Of a stretch of DNA of 64,000 nt, positions 18,938 through 27,341 are shown one piece after another. Below the pieces are notes generated by a model. It had not been told where the DNA came from. It saw only the letters and a list, made by a program, of their open reading frames with translations, and made no database searches. The number at the start of each line of letters is the position of its first letter. Within the stretch, counting starts at the first letter, position 1. This DNA is from Treponema sp. (GTDB taxonomy: Bacteria > Spirochaetota > Spirochaetia > Treponematales > Treponemataceae): positions 2,244-66,243 of the forward strand of contig JAGBIY010000030.1 of the NCBI GenBank assembly GCA_017934745.1, in the 5' to 3' direction. The translations under genes were made by a program, and so were the position numbers.

Positions 18938-19426
18938 CTACTTCCAGCTTGAGCGACGGTCTATGCTTGCGAAGAGCCTGTCTTTCGCGCGGGACTCGTA
19001 CTCGGTGCCCGGTTTTCCGTAGTTCGCGAACGGGTAGATGGAAATTCCGCCCCTCGGCGTGAAGATTCCCTCGACTTCGATGTACTTCGGCTCAAGAAGC
19101 CTCACCAAGTCCTTCATGATGATGTTCGCGCAGTCCTCGTGGAAATCCCCGTGGTTTCTGAAGCTGAACAGATAGAGTTTTAGGGACTTCGACTCGACGA
19201 TGAACTGGTCGGGTATGTAGCAGATTCTGATTTCCGCGAAGTCCGGCTGGCCTGTCTTCGGGCAGAGCGATGTGAATTCCGGGCAATTGAGCATGACCAT
19301 GTAGTCATTTCCGGGATGTTTGTTTGGGAACCTCTCAAGAAGTTCCGGGTTGTAGTCGTAGGCGTAGACAGTGCTCTTGTTTCCGAGCAGCGTCACGCCC
19401 TCAAGTTCTTCTTCTGAACGACCCAT
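18938..19426 (-). CDS. queF: PreQ0 reductase (type I QueF)
   Basis: [38 protein letters not shown]. Start at the second Met because GGAG lies 6 nt upstream of it. Confidence 0.95.
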   Translation of the reverse strand: MGRSEEELEGVTLLGNKSTVYAYDYNPELLERFPNKHPGNDYMVMLNCPEFTSLCPKTGQPDFAEIRICYIPDQFIVESKSLKLYLFSFRNHGDFHEDCANIIMKDLVRLLEPKYIEVEGIFTPRGGISIYPFANYGKPGTEYESRAKDRLFASIDRRSSWK

Positions 19427-19432
19427 TTTTTT

Positions 19433-19471
19433 CTCCATAGTTTTGTTTGAGCGGGATGGTTTCGAACCGCT
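19433..19471 (-). ncRNA. preQ1-I riboswitch (translational, overlapping the SD)
   Basis: AGCGG-UUCGAAACCAUC-CCGCU-CAAACAAAACUAUGGAG: 5-bp P1, conserved loop, A-rich tail, loop CCAU complementary to AUGG at the SD; directly upstream of queF-queC-yhhQ. Confidence 0.92.
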
Positions 19472-19524
19472 AGGAAAACGAGGATAACTGAAAAAAATGA
19501 AGGTTTCAAGAAGCCCGAAAAGAC

Positions 19525-19570
19525 AAAAAAAAATCCCGCCGAGCTTTGAAAAAATCGAAATCGGCGGGCT
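19525..19570 (-). terminator. Intrinsic terminator after rpmB
   Basis: CCCGCCGA...TCGGCGGG stem followed by a T run on the minus strand. Confidence 0.7.
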
Positions 19571-19594
19571 TCTCGCTAACTTTGGAAAAAAAAC

Positions 19595-19855
19595 TTAGTT
19601 AGCTTTTGCACCTGCGTTGGCAGGAACAACCTTGATTTTCTTTGTCAAGAGCATACCCTTGACGAAAGTTCCGTTCTTGTCAGCTGTGCGAAGGCAGCGA
19701 GTGCAGACGTTGATAGTTCCAGCGAATCCAGTACCATCCTGAACCTTGATTTTCAAGAGGTTCGGTCTCCAAATGCGGCGTGTGTGGTTGTATGACTTAC
19801 TGACTTTATTTCCAGTCTGCTGTCCTTTTCCACAGCAATCACAAATTCTTGCCAT
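19595..19855 (-). CDS. rpmB: 50S ribosomal protein L28
   Basis: MARICDCCGK..GNKVSKSYNHTRRIWRPNL...VCTRCLR, with a C-terminal extension. Confidence 0.93.
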   Translation of the reverse strand: MARICDCCGKGQQTGNKVSKSYNHTRRIWRPNLLKIKVQDGTGFAGTINVCTRCLRTADKNGTFVKGMLLTKKIKVVPANAGAKAN

Positions 19856-19954
19856 AATTTTATACCTACCTTAATAGATTACAATAGATTACAAGTGATT
19901 CGATGATTATAAATTTTCTGTCCTATAGTGTCAACAAAATCGGAAAAATCAAAT

Positions 19955-20923
19955 TCAATCGACGGACAACTCAAGGCAGTCGTAAGCCGGAGAGACGGAA
20001 CCGCCATCCTCCACGATTTTTTCAAGATTCCTGTGCGAATGCAGGTGGCTATCGATGTAGGACTGAATTTCAACATAGGACATGTCGTGGCTGACGTGCG
20101 TTATCCAAGTGTGCTTCGGCCTTATTCTGTCGGCGTAGGAAAGGGCCTCGTCAAAGCTGCAGTGGGTCGAGTGCGGCTCAACCCGCAGTCCGTCTATCAC
20201 CATGTGGTCGATTGAGTTTCCGTTCGTGTTGAATTTTTCCAAAAGTGAAAGCGACTCTTCGGGTATGAAACTGCAATCCGTCAGATACGCAATGCAGCGG
20301 GTAGAATCAACTGGCTTCAAAATCCAGCCGACCGTTGGGAGCGAACCGTGAAGCATGGGAACTGGAAAAGCGAGCACGCTATTCAGGCTGATGGGATTCT
20401 CGAAGCCGTATTCGGAGCAGTCGAGCAGGTTCAGCTTGGGAAGACCGCCACCGAGGGTCTTGTGGTGGAAGACGTATGCGAAGCGGTGCTCCAAATCGGA
20501 GACGGTGACGGCGTTCGCGTAAATCGGAAGGCCCGGCCCCTTCGTCTCAAGTGGATAGTTGAACTGGGCCGCGCGGGAGTCGGCGGAATTTATGGCGACA
20601 CCGTTTTTCGTCTGGTCGGGCCTGGTGTGGCTGAAGATTCGGACGTCGTCGAGTCCGTGGCAGTGGTCGGCGTGGCTGTGTGTGAGCAGAACCGCGTCGA
20701 GACGCTCAATCCCGGCCCTAAGAGCCTGAACGCGGAATTCAGGGCCGACATCTATGACGATGTTCGTTGAAGGATGTTCCGAACCTGAAGGATTCTGATT
20801 TTCAATATACGCAGAGCACCTGTAGCGTTTGTCTTTCTCGTCCTTAGAAGTGCAGACCGCGCACTTGCATCCAATCACGGGAACTCCGTAGCTCGTCCCC
20901 GTCCCCATCAACAACATCTTCAT
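19955..20923 (-). CDS. MBL-fold hydrolase, PhnP-like
   Basis: MGTGTSYGVPVIGCKC, LLTHSHADHCHGLDD, AYLTD, ITHVSH; leaderless promoter TTGAGC-N17-TATAAT-N7-ATG. Confidence 0.9.
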   Translation of the reverse strand: MKMLLMGTGTSYGVPVIGCKCAVCTSKDEKDKRYRCSAYIENQNPSGSEHPSTNIVIDVGPEFRVQALRAGIERLDAVLLTHSHADHCHGLDDVRIFSHTRPDQTKNGVAINSADSRAAQFNYPLETKGPGLPIYANAVTVSDLEHRFAYVFHHKTLGGGLPKLNLLDCSEYGFENPISLNSVLAFPVPMLHGSLPTVGWILKPVDSTRCIAYLTDCSFIPEESLSLLEKFNTNGNSIDHMVIDGLRVEPHSTHCSFDEALSYADRIRPKHTWITHVSHDMSYVEIQSYIDSHLHSHRNLEKIVEDGGSVSPAYDCLELSVD

Positions 20924-21017
20924 GGAATCGATTATAAAGTCAAAACAATCGATGCTCAATCCGTTCGGTTGACCATGCTTTCTATCTAAACTAAAATAAA
21001 TCACTTCGAGGAACATT

Positions 21018-21683
21018 ATGAGAAAGTATTTTTGCGCAGGATTCCTTTCAATTTTGTTGTCCGCATCGGTCTTTGCGGACGGAATCGTAACGGCGGGTTC
21101 ATTTTTCGACTCAGTGTCTTCATACTACGCATCGCTTAGGACGTATGAGGCCAGAGTCGACATAAAGGCGGGAAAGCAGACGATGAGCGGAAAGGTGTCG
21201 TTCAAACGCCCGGACCTTCTCAGAATCGACTTCACCTCCCCAAGCGAGCAGGTCATCTGCTTCAACGGAGACAGGCTCACGATATACCTTCCCGGCAGTT
21301 CCGCGATACTGAACCAGTCCGTCCAGTCGAATTCCGGCGCGAACATGGCCACTTCGCAGGGGCTTTCGCTCATGAGAAGGTACTACAACGTCGCATACGA
21401 GAAAAGCTCGGCTCCGGTTCCGCTGAGCGAAGACAACCCAGAACAGGTAATCAAGCTCACTTTGAGCAGGAAAAACACCGCCGAAGCGTTCAGATACATA
21501 AAGCTCGCGATAAACCCAGAGTCCAAGCTCATCAGGCGAATCGAGGGCATAACACCGCAGGGAGAGTCGTTCGTTTTCACGTTCAGTTCATACGCGATAA
21601 ACGTGGACATCCCGGACAACCGCTTCCTCTACGACGCGCCATCATCGGCGAACAACTACAACAACTTCCTGTTCAACGAATAG
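21018..21683 (+). CDS. lolA: Outer-membrane lipoprotein carrier LolA family protein
   Basis: Signal peptide; GKVSFKRPDLLRIDF.SP.EQVI.FNG..LTIYLP; F.YDAP near the C-terminus. Confidence 0.8.
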   Translation: MRKYFCAGFLSILLSASVFADGIVTAGSFFDSVSSYYASLRTYEARVDIKAGKQTMSGKVSFKRPDLLRIDFTSPSEQVICFNGDRLTIYLPGSSAILNQSVQSNSGANMATSQGLSLMRRYYNVAYEKSSAPVPLSEDNPEQVIKLTLSRKNTAEAFRYIKLAINPESKLIRRIEGITPQGESFVFTFSSYAINVDIPDNRFLYDAPSSANNYNNFLFNE

Positions 21684-21721
21684 TCAACGGACAGGTTCAA
21701 TAAAAAAACAAGGCGACAAAA

Positions 21722-22816
21722 ATGGAAAACTACGGAGAAATTCTACGACATACAAGAGAAGAGAAGCATCTCGAAATCGAGACGATTGTAAGGGAGACGT
21801 CCATATCCCAGAGATACCTTGAGGCGTTGGAAAGCGAAGAGGCGCACGTCTTTCCAAGCGAACCGTACCTCATCGGATTTTTGAAGAACTACGCAGAATA
21901 CCTTGGACTGAACAGCAAGCAGATTGTCTCGCTCTACAACGCCAAGAAAATACAGGAAGCGCCTCCTCCTGCCGCACTGACAGCGCACGAGCGGCCGAAA
22001 TTCCTCATTCCATTGCTTATCGTTTTGGTGGTCGCGGTTGTCGCGGCGGGCGTGTTCGCGCTCGTGTCGGTGATAAAGGCGCACAGACCGCAGACAGCTA
22101 CTCCGAACGTTGCGCTGGACAAGCCATCAGCCTCGAAGAAATACGAGCTTTCGGAAGAGCCGTTCTCCGGCAGGGTTTTCAAGAACGACCAGTTCGTCCT
22201 CGGAATGGAAGGCGGAAACGTCGTCCTCACTGTCGCGCAGACGACGGACGTGTTCGGAATCGAGACACCAGCGGGAGTCCAGTTCGTCGAGCTTTCGGAG
22301 CAGATGGAGATGGACGCGAACGGAGACTCGATGCCCGACCTCGTAGTCTACGTCAAGGACCTGTCGGCGAAGGGCAACGACCACGGAGCGGAAGTCAACA
22401 TCATGATAAAGAACGCCTCGAACGCGGCAATCGCGGACTCGGACGAATCGCAGATACAGAGCACGGCAGATTTGCCGAAGGACAAGAAATGGACGGAAAT
22501 CCTCTCTGACACGAGGGCTTATCCGTTCACCCTCAACGTAACGTTCAGGGCCGGCTGTCTCTTCCGCTACAGGACTGACAGGAAGGACACCGTGGAGGAC
22601 TATCTCGCGAACGGCGACGTGCTGAACTTGACAGCGAGCAACGCGCTCCGCGTCTGGATGTCGAACGGAAACACGGCGAAGCTCCAGGTCGTCGCGAACG
22701 GAAAGAACTACGACCTGCCGCTTTCAAAGGCCGGAGCGGTCGTGGCGGAAGACATCAAGTGGATAAAGGACACGACGGACGGCAAATTTAGGCTCGTCGT
22801 CCTGGAATTGGACTAA
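21722..22816 (+). CDS. RodZ-like HTH membrane protein
   Basis: GEILRHTREEKHL...ISQRYLEALE...YLIGFLKNYAEYLGL, one TM segment, periplasmic C-terminal domain; upstream of rimO. Confidence 0.85.
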   Translation: MENYGEILRHTREEKHLEIETIVRETSISQRYLEALESEEAHVFPSEPYLIGFLKNYAEYLGLNSKQIVSLYNAKKIQEAPPPAALTAHERPKFLIPLLIVLVVAVVAAGVFALVSVIKAHRPQTATPNVALDKPSASKKYELSEEPFSGRVFKNDQFVLGMEGGNVVLTVAQTTDVFGIETPAGVQFVELSEQMEMDANGDSMPDLVVYVKDLSAKGNDHGAEVNIMIKNASNAAIADSDESQIQSTADLPKDKKWTEILSDTRAYPFTLNVTFRAGCLFRYRTDRKDTVEDYLANGDVLNLTASNALRVWMSNGNTAKLQVVANGKNYDLPLSKAGAVVAEDIKWIKDTTDGKFRLVVLELD

Positions 22817-22833
22817 AGCACACAAAAAGACGG

Positions 22834-22865
22834 AAAAGGTGGTTCTCGACGACCACCTTTTTTTT
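22834..22865 (+). terminator. Intrinsic terminator between rodZ-like gene and rimO
   Basis: AAAAGGTGGT...ACCACCTTTT plus T run. Confidence 0.6.
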
Positions 22866-22919
22866 ACAAAGAGCAAGAAGCAGCAATCAAAAGAAAGAAC
22901 AGAAACAGAGGTACTTCAA

Positions 22920-24413
22920 TTGAAATTTTTTATTGACCAGCACGGATGCGCAAAAAACCAAGTCGACGGAGAGTTGATGATTTCGATATTGTCGAAAAAA
23001 GGATACGAGCAGACTTTCAAGGCGGAAGAGGCGGATTTGATAATCGTCAATTCGTGCGGCTTCATCGAGTCGGCGAAAATGGAATCGATAACGGCCGTGC
23101 AGTCGGCCAGGCAGATGTACCCGAAGGCGAAGATTCTCCTTGCAGGCTGTCTTGCCGAACGCTACGCGAAGGACTTGAAGGACTCGCTCACGGAAGCGGA
23201 CGGATTTTTCGGGAACGGAGACTTGGACCAGCTCTACAAGGTCGTGGAACCGATGATGAAGGGAGAGAGGCCGGTGCTCACCCCTCCGCAGAAGGGAATC
23301 TCCAACGGCGAGCGCGAAATGCTCCTCTCGTTCTCAGGCTCCGCGTTCGTGAAGATAACCGAGGGCTGCAACAACAGATGCACATACTGCGCAATTCCTG
23401 TAATCAGGGGAGAGCTTCGGAGCCGCAAAGCCGACGAGATAATAGAAGAAATCAAGAAGCTGGTCTCGGAAGGCGTGTATGAAATCAACCTTATCGGGCA
23501 GGATTTGGCGGCATACGGAACAGGCAGGGACGACAATGTTTTCGGAACAGGAAGGACGTACCTTCCAAAGGGAACGCCGGGATTCATCGGACTAGCCGAC
23601 GACGAGAGCAGCAGGGAATCGGGTCTCTGCACTCTCCTCAAGATGATTTCAAAAATCGAGGGAACTTTCGCGGTCAGGCTCCTCTACATCCACCCTGACC
23701 ACTTCAACGAGGACATCATCCCAGTCATAAAGTCCGACAAGAGAATCCTACCCTACTTCGACCTGCCGTTGCAGAGCGGAGACGACAAAATCATCAAGAT
23801 GATGAGGAGGGTCGGAACGGCGGAGAAATACAAGGCGCTCATCCAGAAAATCCGCGACGAACTTCCAGAGGCGGCAATCAGAACGACATTCCTCGCGGGC
23901 TTCCCCGGAGAAACGGACGAGCAGGCGGAGAATTCCAGAAAGTTCCTCGAAGAAATCCAGACGGACTGGAGCGGCTGCTTCCCGTATTCTGTGGAAGAGG
24001 ACACGCCGGCTGAAAGGCTTCCGAACCAAGTCGAAGAGAAAGTGAAGGAAGAGCGGGCGAACGCCTTGATAGAGCTTCAGGCGAAAATCACGAGGGAAAG
24101 GCTCTCCAAGAGGTGCGGAAAAGACTACGACGTTCTGATAGAGGAAGTGCTAGCAGAAAATCCCGAAGCGAAAGACGAGGGAATCGCAATCGGCCGCGCA
24201 TGGTTCCAGGCACCGGAAGTGGACGGAAGCGTCGTCGTCAACTACGACAGGAGCGACCCGAAAGAAGCCGAGGCCGTGAAGACGGGAAGGCTCGTAAAAG
24301 TCCACATCCACTCTAGCGGCGACGTGGACTTGAACGGAGAATTCGTCTCGGATTCAGAATTGAACAAGACGATAAAGAAGAACGCGCTTAAATTCGCGCA
24401 GGAGCAGATTTGA
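22920..24413 (+). CDS. rimO: Ribosomal protein S12 methylthiotransferase
   Basis: GCAKNQVD, NSCGFIESA, radical-SAM CNNRCTYC, LYIHPD, RAWFQAPEVDG; TTG start after GAGG RBS. Confidence 0.92.
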   Translation: MKFFIDQHGCAKNQVDGELMISILSKKGYEQTFKAEEADLIIVNSCGFIESAKMESITAVQSARQMYPKAKILLAGCLAERYAKDLKDSLTEADGFFGNGDLDQLYKVVEPMMKGERPVLTPPQKGISNGEREMLLSFSGSAFVKITEGCNNRCTYCAIPVIRGELRSRKADEIIEEIKKLVSEGVYEINLIGQDLAAYGTGRDDNVFGTGRTYLPKGTPGFIGLADDESSRESGLCTLLKMISKIEGTFAVRLLYIHPDHFNEDIIPVIKSDKRILPYFDLPLQSGDDKIIKMMRRVGTAEKYKALIQKIRDELPEAAIRTTFLAGFPGETDEQAENSRKFLEEIQTDWSGCFPYSVEEDTPAERLPNQVEEKVKEERANALIELQAKITRERLSKRCGKDYDVLIEEVLAENPEAKDEGIAIGRAWFQAPEVDGSVVVNYDRSDPKEAEAVKTGRLVKVHIHSSGDVDLNGEFVSDSELNKTIKKNALKFAQEQI

Positions 24414-26809
24414 ACCAGGAAGACTTGTCGCTTTTGAACGAGCAGCAGCTCGAAGCCGTGACCCACGAAGGAAGCCCCCTCCTCATTCTGGCGGGGGCAG
24501 GCTCTGGAAAGACGAGGGTCATCACGACGAAAATCGCCTATCTGATAAGCGAAAAGGGCGTGAACCCGTGGCAGATTCTGGCGGTGACGTTCACAAAGAA
24601 AGCCGCGAACGAGATGCGGGAGCGGGCAATCGCGCTGGACGAGAGGGCGGCGTCCACGCAGATAAAGACATTCCATTCGTTCGGAGCGTGGTTCTTGCGG
24701 AAAAACGCCGAAGCCGCCGGGGTCTCCGAGAATTTTACGGTGTACGACGACGACGACACGGTGTCCCTCATTCAAAAAGCCATGCCCAAGCTCACGAAGC
24801 AGAGGGCGAACCACTTCGCGCACTTGATTTCGCTTGCGAAGGACTACTGCTACCAGAGCGACGATTTGGAACTCGACAAAATCAACGACGACCCGGAATT
24901 CAGAATCGTCTACAAGGCGTATCAGGACAGGCTCCGGGAGACAGGCAACGTGGACTTCGGCGACCTCATCATGCTCCCCTACCTCGTCATGAAGAACAAC
25001 GAGGAAATCAGAAAGCGCATGAGGAACAGGTTCAAGGTCGTGATGGTGGACGAATACCAGGACTCGAACGTCGCCCAGTTCCTTCTGCTGCAGGAATTGA
25101 GCGGAGTGAACGAAGGCTCAGGGAACTACATCTGCGTTGTCGGAGACGACGACCAATCGATTTACAAATTCCGAGGGGCCGAAATCGAGAACATACTGAA
25201 TTTCGAAAAGCTATTCGCCGGAACAAAAATCATCAGGCTTGAGAAAAACTACCGCTCCACATCGGAAATCCTCCAGATTGCGGACGACGTGGTGAAGAAC
25301 AACGAAGGCAGGCTCGGAAAAACGCTTGTGGCGGAGCGGGGAAGCGGCAACAAACCGGTCATCGCATTCCTCAAGAACCAGGACGAGGAAGCGGACGAAT
25401 GCGTGGCCCTCATCAAAAAGACCGTGAAGATGGGCGCGAAATATTCGGACTGGGCGATTCTCTACAGGACGAACGCGCAGTCGCTCACGTTCGAGACCTA
25501 CTTCATGCAGAACAAGATTCCATACCAGGTCGTAGGCTCGCTCAAATTCTACGAGCGCGAGGAAGTCAAGGATTTGCTCGCGTACATCTCGCTTCTGGCG
25601 AACCCACGGGACGAAGTGGCTTTCAGGAGAATCATCAACAAGCCCGCGAGGGGAATCGGAGGGACGACGCAGGACAAAATCATAGACGAATCGAGACAGT
25701 CGCTCCTTTTGGACGCGGAGACAGGGGCGGTCTCGATGGGAATCGACTATGTGGAAGCCTGCCGCCGTCTCGCTCCGACTTTCTCCAAAAAGGCAAGGGA
25801 AGGCGCGCTCAAATTCTGCGAGGCGATGGACTTCTTCAGGGCGGAGCTTGGAATGGAGAAGCGCAAAGACGAAGAGGAGAGCGCGAACAAACAGACGACG
25901 GACGAGAGCGAGATTGACGAGCAGCTTTTCGACTTGGGATTCGATGAAGAGTCAACGGAAGCAAAAGAAGACGGCGGAAAAAACGGAAGCGAAAAAGAAA
26001 AAGACTCAACGGCAAAAAAAACAAGTTCTGGAAATTTGTCGGACTTGATTCTGCAGATAATCGAAAAATCCGGCTTGAAGGAACACTACGAAAGCGAGGA
26101 CGAAATCGCGGGCACCCAGAAAGTCGCAAACATGACAGAACTGATGAACAGCGCAGTCCCCTTCCCGTGCAGGCAGGCCGGACTTCTGGAATTTCTCGAC
26201 CACGTTCAGCTCGACAACACGGACAGCGACGAGGACGACGGAGAGACGGGAGACAAGAACAAGGTCACGCTCATCACATTCCACAACACGAAGGGACTGG
26301 AATTCAAGCGCGTCATCATGACCGGCATGGAGCACGGAGTCTTCCCAAAAACGGACAAGGCGGGAGAGGAACTCGAAGAAGAGCGCAGGCTCTGCTACGT
26401 CGGAATGACGCGCGCGCGGAATTCACTCTACCTGACCTGCTGCGCTTCAAGGCGGATGTACGGTCACCTGGAATTCATGGACATGAGCCCATTCCTTCGG
26501 GAAATCGACCCGGAGCACGTCACAATAATATGCTCGAAAGGCCAAGAGCAGAGAAAACGGCAGCTCATGAGCAAGGTCCACGGAAAAAACGGGCTTTCGA
26601 ATTCTTCGTTCGGGGGCAACGACCCGATAGCGAAAAAATACCACAGGGGCGTGAGAATCTACCACGACGACTACGGATACGGAGAAATCGTCAAAGGAAC
26701 GGAGAGCGACAGCGGTGAATACAAGATAGTCGTCAGGTTCGAGACAGGGGAATTGAAGGGCTTCCTCCCGAAGTATTCAAGCCACTCCCTCGAAATCATC
26801 GACGAATGA
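24410..26809 (+). CDS. pcrA: ATP-dependent DNA helicase PcrA/UvrD
   Basis: AGAGSGKT, VDEYQD, GDDDQSIY, NYRS, TFHNTKGLEF, EERRLCYVGMTRA; acidic insertion. Confidence 0.95.
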   Translation: MNQEDLSLLNEQQLEAVTHEGSPLLILAGAGSGKTRVITTKIAYLISEKGVNPWQILAVTFTKKAANEMRERAIALDERAASTQIKTFHSFGAWFLRKNAEAAGVSENFTVYDDDDTVSLIQKAMPKLTKQRANHFAHLISLAKDYCYQSDDLELDKINDDPEFRIVYKAYQDRLRETGNVDFGDLIMLPYLVMKNNEEIRKRMRNRFKVVMVDEYQDSNVAQFLLLQELSGVNEGSGNYICVVGDDDQSIYKFRGAEIENILNFEKLFAGTKIIRLEKNYRSTSEILQIADDVVKNNEGRLGKTLVAERGSGNKPVIAFLKNQDEEADECVALIKKTVKMGAKYSDWAILYRTNAQSLTFETYFMQNKIPYQVVGSLKFYEREEVKDLLAYISLLANPRDEVAFRRIINKPARGIGGTTQDKIIDESRQSLLLDAETGAVSMGIDYVEACRRLAPTFSKKAREGALKFCEAMDFFRAELGMEKRKDEEESANKQTTDESEIDEQLFDLGFDEESTEAKEDGGKNGSEKEKDSTAKKTSSGNLSDLILQIIEKSGLKEHYESEDEIAGTQKVANMTELMNSAVPFPCRQAGLLEFLDHVQLDNTDSDEDDGETGDKNKVTLITFHNTKGLEFKRVIMTGMEHGVFPKTDKAGEELEEERRLCYVGMTRARNSLYLTCCASRRMYGHLEFMDMSPFLREIDPEHVTIICSKGQEQRKRQLMSKVHGKNGLSNSSFGGNDPIAKKYHRGVRIYHDDYGYGEIVKGTESDSGEYKIVVRFETGELKGFLPKYSSHSLEIIDE

Positions 26810-26843
26810 GGCAAACAAAATCTAAAAAAAAGGAGAACTCAAA

Positions 26844-27341
26844 ATGAAAAAGACGAATGCGATGAGGATTCTCGACTCGAACAAGATAAAGTACGAGACA
26901 TTGAGCTACGACGACGACGGAGAGCATGAGCTTTCTAGGGGAGCCGCGGGAAACATAGCGGAAAAACTCGGAATAAATCCGGGCGCGTGCTTCAAGACAA
27001 TCGTGATGAGGACTGAAGCAAAGCAGCTCGTGGTCTTCTGCCAAAGCGCGCTCCACGAAATCAACCTCAAAAAGGCGAGGCAGGCCTGCGGAGCGAAGGA
27101 AGTCACGCCGGTGAAACCCGACGAGCTTCTGTCGCTCACAGGCTACATCAGAGGCGGCTGCAGCCCAATCGGCATGAAAAAGCTCTTTCCGACATACATA
27201 GACCAAAGCGCGCTCTCGTTCGAGAAAATCTACATCTCGGCTGGCGTCCGCGGAGAGCAGATTGTGCTCGACCCGAACGACCTCGTGAAAGTGACGAAGG
27301 CCGAGACCGTGGATTTGATACTCGAAGAGAGCAAAAGCTGA
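26844..27341 (+). CDS. ybaK: Cys-tRNA(Pro) deacylase
   Basis: KTNAMRIL, FKTIV, GYIRGGCSPIGMKK, ISAGVRG. Confidence 0.93.
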   Translation: MKKTNAMRILDSNKIKYETLSYDDDGEHELSRGAAGNIAEKLGINPGACFKTIVMRTEAKQLVVFCQSALHEINLKKARQACGAKEVTPVKPDELLSLTGYIRGGCSPIGMKKLFPTYIDQSALSFEKIYISAGVRGEQIVLDPNDLVKVTKAETVDLILEESKS

